A stretch of 63,436 bases of DNA, the filler included, from Octopus bimaculoides (lineage: Eukaryota): the NCBI RefSeq assembly GCF_001194135.2. It is 6 parts of 5 records of this genome, joined end to end, with 100 filler letters (N's around TTAATTAATTAA, not from the genome) between each part and the next. Parts side by side here need not be neighbours in the genome. Positions count along the whole stretch, not along the records: positions 53,778 to 59,204 come from NC_069007.1; positions 59,305 to 63,436 come from NC_068989.1; 4 more parts are not named here. One strand, given 5' to 3'. Position 1 is the stretch's first letter; each line of letters begins with the position of its first letter. The translations under genes were made by a program, and so were the position numbers. This document shows, in pieces, positions 57,084 to 63,436 of this stretch. The notes beneath the pieces were generated by a model. The model had not been told where the DNA came from. It made no database searches and was given only the letters and a program-made list of their open reading frames with translations.

Positions 57084-57544
57084 GTGTCGTCATTACGACG
57101 ATAGATTGGATAGGACTGGATTGGCAGAATCGGTAGAGCGCCAACATCAAAGCACTGCCTTTTATTGAAGTAACGAAACCAAATATATTCTTGAAATTTG
57201 ATACCTCTTCAATTAATCTGCCATGGTGTTTTTGGATCTATTCCCATTTCCATATTCTACATAGAATTACTGGACGCTTAATAACCAACCGTCACATCAA
57301 TCAAACTTGGCTTCACAGAATAAAATTAAAAAATGTATAACGAAAATCAAAAAGAATATGTTCGCTTCTTTTTTTTTTTTAAACTGCTATCGCCAAAAAT
57401 CACATCTCTAGAATTTTCTGAAAAAAAAGAAAGAAAAATTAAAAATCAAGTTACTTGAAGGGGAAAAAAATTATTCTAAAAGTGGTTGTATTACCAATAC
57501 AGCTTTTATATTCTTTCCTTGTTTATTTATTTGCGGTTAGTTGT

Positions 57545-57765
57545 CATTCATTATCATCATCAATTCTATCGTCATCATTGCATCATCGTCATCACCGCCA
57601 TCATCATCATCATCATCATCCTAACCATTATCATCATCATCATCAATATCTTTACCATCATCGTCATCATGATCATTGTCGTCGTCGTCATCATCATCAT
57701 CATCATCGTCATCACCAACAACAACATCAACGCGACCATCATCATAATTATCACTACGACCGCTA
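57545..57765. repeat. Degenerate (CAT)n microsatellite
   Basis: Direct inspection. Confidence 0.85.
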
Positions 57766-57778
57766 ACACTATTGTGTT

Positions 57779-59040
57779 AAGGCGGCGAAGTGGCAGAATC
57801 GTTAGCACGCCAGGCGAAATGCTTAGCGGTATTTCGTCTGTCTTTACGTTTTGAGTTCAAATTCCGCCGAGGTCGACTTTGCCTTTCATCCTTTAGGGGT
57901 CGATGAATTAAGTACCAGTTGCATACTGGGGTCGATCTAATCGAGTATCCCCCTCCACCAGAATGTTGGGCCTTGTGCCTAGATTAGAAAAGAAAGAATA
58001 GAAAGGAATAATCGTTTCTACTCAGGGACAAGAGCCCGAAATTTTGTGGGAGGGTGCCAGTCGATTAGATCGACTCCAGTACGCAACTGGTACTTAATTA
58101 ATCGATCCCGAATGGATGAAAAACAAAATAGACCGCGGCGGAATTTGATCTCACAACGTAAAGACAGACGAAATACCGCTAAGCATTTGGCCCAGTGTGC
58201 TAACGCTTCTGCCAGCTCGCTGCCCCATAGAAACGCCGATTAGTGCTTATGTTGTTAATGGTTGCTTAGCTTAATGGTACAGAGCGCGTCATTTGAGTTT
58301 CAGGTGTAACGGTTTCGATTTTTCTGTAGCGGCTTCCATAGGCCGCGAGCTGGCAGAATCGTTTGCACGCCGGGTAAAATGTTTAGCGGCATTTCGTCCG
58401 TCTTTATATTCTGAATTCAAAAGCAGCCAGGACCGACTTTGCCTTTCATCGTTTCAGGGTCGATAAAATAAGTAAATTGATCACTGGGGTCGATGTAATC
58501 GACTTACCCCTCCTCCGAACTTGCTGGCCTTGTGCCAAAATTTGAAACCATTATTGATACTAATGTTGCTGATTGCCCGTCACCGCCAAAAAGCACACAC
58601 ACAAACAATGATATCTGTTACAAGCTGAGCTGTCAGGTCCCAAAATGTTGGCGATGATACAAAAGGTAAAATCCAAGAAGAAAAACAGCAAAGACTGGAT
58701 TACATCAAGTCAAAAACAAAAAGAAATGGTATTAGCCCAATAATAATGACTCCAGCGGAACTCGAACTCAAGTTACTAAGCAATTTGCCCGACTCGCTAA
58801 CGTTTCTGCCAGCTTGCCGGCTTTCGTAATTCTTTCTAATGTTGACGTGATGCCAGTAATTTTGAAAGAAAGGAAAATCGATTACATCGACCCCAGTGCT
58901 CAACTGGTACTTATTTAATCGATCCCGAAAGGATGAAAGACAAAGTTGATCGCGAAATTTGAACTCAGAACGTAAAAAGCGTGAAAAAATGCAGCAAAGT
59001 ATTTTGTCCGATGCGCTAACGGTCCTACCAGCTTGCCGCT
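57779..59040. mobile_element. Cluster of about five SINE family B copies in mixed orientation
   Basis: Plus ~57779-58010, minus ~58012-58225, plus ~58340-58555, minus ~58700-58822, minus ~58855-59040. Confidence 0.78.
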
Positions 59041-59204
59041 TTCAGACACATTATTAGTAATAAATAACAATATAGAACAACAAAACATGAACAAGAAAGG
59101 ACCCTCCAAAATATTGGGGTTGAGAGGGGTTGGCAACGACGAAGGGTAATTCGGGGATCCGCACATAAAACCCCAGTTTACTCTGATACAACAAAGGAAA
59201 GTGC

Positions 59205-59304
59205 NNNNNNNNNNNNNNNNNNNNNNNNNNNNNNNNNNNNNNNNNNNNTTAATTAATTAANNNNNNNNNNNNNNNNNNNNNNNNNNNNNNNNNNNNNNNN
59301 NNNN
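59205..59304. other. Artificial scaffold-joining spacer
   Basis: N44-TTAATTAATTAA-N44. Confidence 0.95.
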
Positions 59305-59357
<53 letters not shown>

Positions 59358-59680
59358 GAATGTATATCTATATCTATATTTATATTTATATGTATATGTA
59401 TACATAAATTTGTGTCTATGCGAGTATATATTTATATATAGATATGTGTGCGTGTGCGTGTGTATATTTGTATGTGTATGTATAATAGATTTAGACGTAT
59501 ATGTGTATGTATGTGTATGTGTCGTGCGTATTATGTGTGTGCGTGTGTACACATATTGTAACGTGTAACCCGGACAAAAATAGTGCACGATGTATGCAGT
59601 ATAATTTATTCAATCAATCACAAACGAGTTTTTCATCAGTCGTCATTATATTGACTCTGTTTCTATTCATAGCGACTTAA

Positions 59681-59743
<63 letters not shown>

Positions 59744-59944
59744 GATAGACCTATACACACACAGACACACATGCATACACACACGAATATGTAAAGATGT
59801 ACTTCGGTCCAACTATGTACTTGTGTGTATTTACGAATGTAGATATCGGCCAATCGGAGATCTGGTTCCACTTCCTACGGGAATTGGTAACATATTTCGT
59901 CCGGTCAAAATTACTTACGATTCATAGTCTTTTATTCTTTAATT

Positions 59945-60280
59945 TTTTTTACTTGTTTCAGTCATTTTACTGTGGCCATGATGGAGCACCACCTTTAGTC
60001 GAATCAATCGACCCCAGGACTTATTCTCTTGCTGCAGAACCGCTGGACTACGGGGATATAAACACATCAACGTCGTTTGTCAAGCGATGGTGAGAGGACA
60101 AACACAGACACACAAATACATACATACATATATATGAGGCTTCTTTCAGTTTACGTCTACCAAATCCACACACAACGCTATGGTCTGCCCGAGGCTATAG
60201 TAGCAGACACTTGCCCAAGGTACCACTCAGTGGGACTGAACCAGGAACCATGTGGTTGGGTGCCACACAGCCACTCCCGA
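59945..60280 (-). mobile_element. SINE family A, near full-length
   Basis: Both halves present as the reverse complement of the family A consensus. Confidence 0.8.
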
Positions 60281-61569
60281 ACAAGTACTTGGTAAATCTT
60301 CAACCGACCTTTGGCTACCATTTATGTGCTTCACTTTGCATTCGTTTGGACGTCGTAGGCTTTTGCACACATACACATGCACACATACACACACACATAT
60401 ATATGTATATATCTATTTCTGGATTTATCTGTTTATGGAGATAAACTATGAAAAGTAAACAGCTAAATTGTATTTAACAGTTTCAAAGAAATATATTTAT
60501 AAAGCATAACTATTAATCCACTTACATTTCTTAGTATATAGTCTAAATTTCTATTCATTTTTCTGATTGGACTGCTGTCTTTTGATTGAAGGGTGATTGA
60601 TTATATAATTTCTGACACATTTTAAACCAGACTCTGTATTCTGGAAATTTACCTGCAGGTTTTAATATTTACATCAACCGTTATATTTTACTAATAAACT
60701 ACGCAATTAGGATTTGTTTTCATGACGGTATTTTGTGACTAGCTCCGTTTTAGTATATGGATATTCATTCCTATTCCTGACAAGTCATTTTTCGGCTGTA
60801 TATATTGGGAATTTTTAACGTCACAAATTCTGAATTCATTGAATATTTGATGTAAAAATTTTGAACGCAGTGTGTTAGAAAGTGACACACTGTTGCAGAA
60901 CTCTAAACAGTATCGGGGCAAATATGCAGCAAGCCTGGCGCCGTAAGTGGGCGAGATTTTTTGATTTTTTTTTTTGTTTTCTGGAAACAGCCTAAATATA
61001 TATTAAAAATATATAACAAACTCTGAAAGGTAAAAAGCTAAATAGTATTTAACAGATTAAAAAAAATACATCTCTAAAGCAGGATCTATTTTATATCTAT
61101 TATTGCACTTGATATTCTTAAAATAAATTTTTCTGTACCATGTAAAAAATATAACGTTTTAAGATGAAAATTAATCGAAGATATGTAAGGAACACAATTT
61201 TATTTAAGATATGCAGGTACAAATTAATACGCTTCTCAATTAGATTGTGTTTAATCTGTATCAATCCACATAAAGAAGTAAGGAAGAAAACATATTTAAC
61301 ACATCGTATGCAAAACTAACAACTTCAAAACAAGGCCTGTGTACTCAATATGGGACAGAGTATTGCGCAGTACTCCCGGATTTGCTCTCACAGCCAGATA
61401 AGAAGTCCGTTACTGTATTACGTAGCTTCTCTAATAGCAGATTTTACTGAAGGGGATAAGCCAGTTTTATTCATTCAACAATCCGTTTTAGACTTCACCT
61501 TCGCATCGTTAAGGATTATCTTAGACAAACAGATGTTAGGTAGACAAAGCACTTTACATTTCGAGTAAA

Positions 61570-62023
61570 ATTCTTTTCTACTCTAGGCAAAAGGACCGAA
61601 ATATTTTGGGGGAGGGGACCAGTCGATTAGATCGACAACCAGTACGCAACTGGTACTTAATTTATCGGCCCCGAAAGGATAAAAGGCAAAGTCAACCCCG
61701 ATTTAATTTGAACTCAGAGCATGGAGACTGACGAAATACCGCTTGACATTTCGCTCGACGTGCTAACGTTTCTGCCGGCTCGCCGCCTTTCAAAGATATA
61801 TTCTTTTCTAATCTAGGCACAAGGCCCCAAATTTTTTTTGGGAGGGGAAGGGGCCTGTCGATTAGATCGACCCCAGTACGCAACTGGTACTTAATTTATC
61901 GACCCCGAAAGGATAAAATGCAAAGTTAACCTCTGTGGAATTTGAACTCAGTACGTAAAGATAGACGAAATACCACTAAGCGTTTCGCTCGACGTGCTAA
62001 CTCTTCTGCCAGCTCTCCGCCTT
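61570..62023 (-). mobile_element. Two tandem SINE family B copies
   Basis: Copies at ~61570-61790 and ~61805-62023. Confidence 0.82.
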
Positions 62024-62345
62024 ACATCTGGAGTGATATTAAGCTTTTGATGAATCATTCCGAGTTTAATCTGACGAGGTAACTGAGATCATCCTGGTGT
62101 TATTCCTTGTAATTAAGTAGCGGAATGTATGATTTCTAGCTAATCTTGATATTGGCAGAATGATGGTGTGTTCAGTTATGCTATGTAATGAACGCCTCCT
62201 TACATTTGGCATACAGACACACAGATGAACATACATATACGTGTGTGTACCGGTGAGTGTATGTATAAAGATATATATAAAGTAATATTTGATATTTAGA
62301 AATACATACGCATGTATTAATAATTACGTACGCACATATGTATAG

Positions 62346-62384
<39 letters not shown>

Positions 62385-63118
62385 GACACATATGTCTATA
62401 TGTAAATACATACACTCACATTTAACATATATATGTATATATGCATACACACACACACACTCACACACATACATATATACATATNNNNNNNNNNNNNNNN
62501 NNNNNNNNNNNNNNNNNNNNNNNNNNNNNNNNNNNNNNNNNNNNNNNNNNNNNNNNNNNNNNNNNNNNNNNNNNNNNNNNNNNNNNNNNNNNNNNNNNNN
62601 NNNNNNNNNNNNNNNNNNNNNNNNNNNNNNNNNNNNNNNNNNNNNNNNNNNNNNNNNNNNNNNNNNNNNNNNNNNNNNNNNNNNNNNNNNNNNNNNNNNN
62701 NNNNNNNNNNNNNNNNNNNNNNNNNNNNNNNNNNNNNNNNNNNNNNNNNNNNNNNNNNNNNNNNNNNNNNNNNNNNNNNNNNNNNNNNNNNNNNNNNNNN
62801 NNNNNNNNNNNNNNNNNNNNNNNNNNNNNNNNNNNNNNNNNNNNNNNNNNNNNNNNNNNNNNNNNNNNNNNNNNNNNNNNNNNNNNNNNNNNNNNNNNNN
62901 NNNNNNNNNNNNNNNNNNNNNNNNNNNNNNNNNNNNNNNNNNNNNNNNNNNNNNNNNNNNNNNNNNNNNNNNNNNNNNNNNNNNNNNNNNNNNNNNNNNN
63001 NNNNNNNNNNNNNNNNNNNNNNNNNNNNNNNNNNNNNNNNNNNNNNNNNNNNNNNNNNNNNNNNNNNNNNNNNNNNNNNNNNNNNNNNNNNNNNNNNNNN
63101 NNNNNNNNNNNNNNNNNN

Positions 63119-63166
<48 letters not shown>

Positions 63167-63436
63167 GACATACAACATGTTAATATATATATGTAGATAT
63201 ACATATATATGTAAATATATATATATTATTAACCAGTATGTATTAATGGTGCATATTAATATACTTCCATTTATGAATAAATTTATAAACACCTATATAA
63301 ATTTACATGTGTTATTTAGTAAATGTATTAAAATATAGACAAAAATATATACAGACACACCATTAAAGCATATACAACTATGCATATATACATGTGTAAG
63401 TTATGCGTGTATATATACATATAAGTATATATATAT

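Noticed and set aside
58267-58322. tRNA-like A and B boxes (TAGCTTAATGG...GGTTTCGATT)
   Set aside because: No cloverleaf or acceptor stem; at most a decayed SINE head. The same applies to 40675-40725.
60899-60942. Possible 44-bp plus-strand exon ending in GTAAGT
   Set aside because: Poor polypyrimidine tract, and no recognisable peptide or partner exon.
11259-63292. Long ORFs in the supplied track containing X runs or YIYI/THTH/LSLS/HHHH repeats
   Set aside because: They are open only because they cross N gaps or microsatellites, and show no protein signal.

Overview
AT-rich, microsatellite-dense animal DNA. The SINE and RTE families resemble those of Octopus (inference). Five identical 100-bp spacers (N44-TTAATTAATTAA-N44) show the window is six concatenated scaffold pieces, so adjacency across spacers is not biological. 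Piece 1 (1-20192) holds 19 minus-strand exons (831 codons, all splice phases consistent) of BTAF1/Mot1, the TBP-associated SNF2 ATPase. Its 5' exons are lost at the scaffold end and its last exons lie beyond base 1. The rest is mostly transposon debris: RTE and R4/Dong-type LINE fragments, two tRNA-derived SINE families, a Helitron helicase with its CTAG end, maT and mariner remnants, and a nest in which a Merlin element contains a hAT (8-bp TSD) that contains a SINE (7-bp TSD). The most notable signal is a repeat carrying a minimal type I hammerhead ribozyme of the Penelope-like kind. It forms inverted arms around the 3' end of an endonuclease-bearing R4/Dong LINE (45855-46804), and a third partial copy lies at 25.7 kb. 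No CRISPR array, rRNA or convincing intact tRNA was seen. All identifications are by manual translation and recalled family motifs; no database search was run, and most repeat boundaries are approximate.
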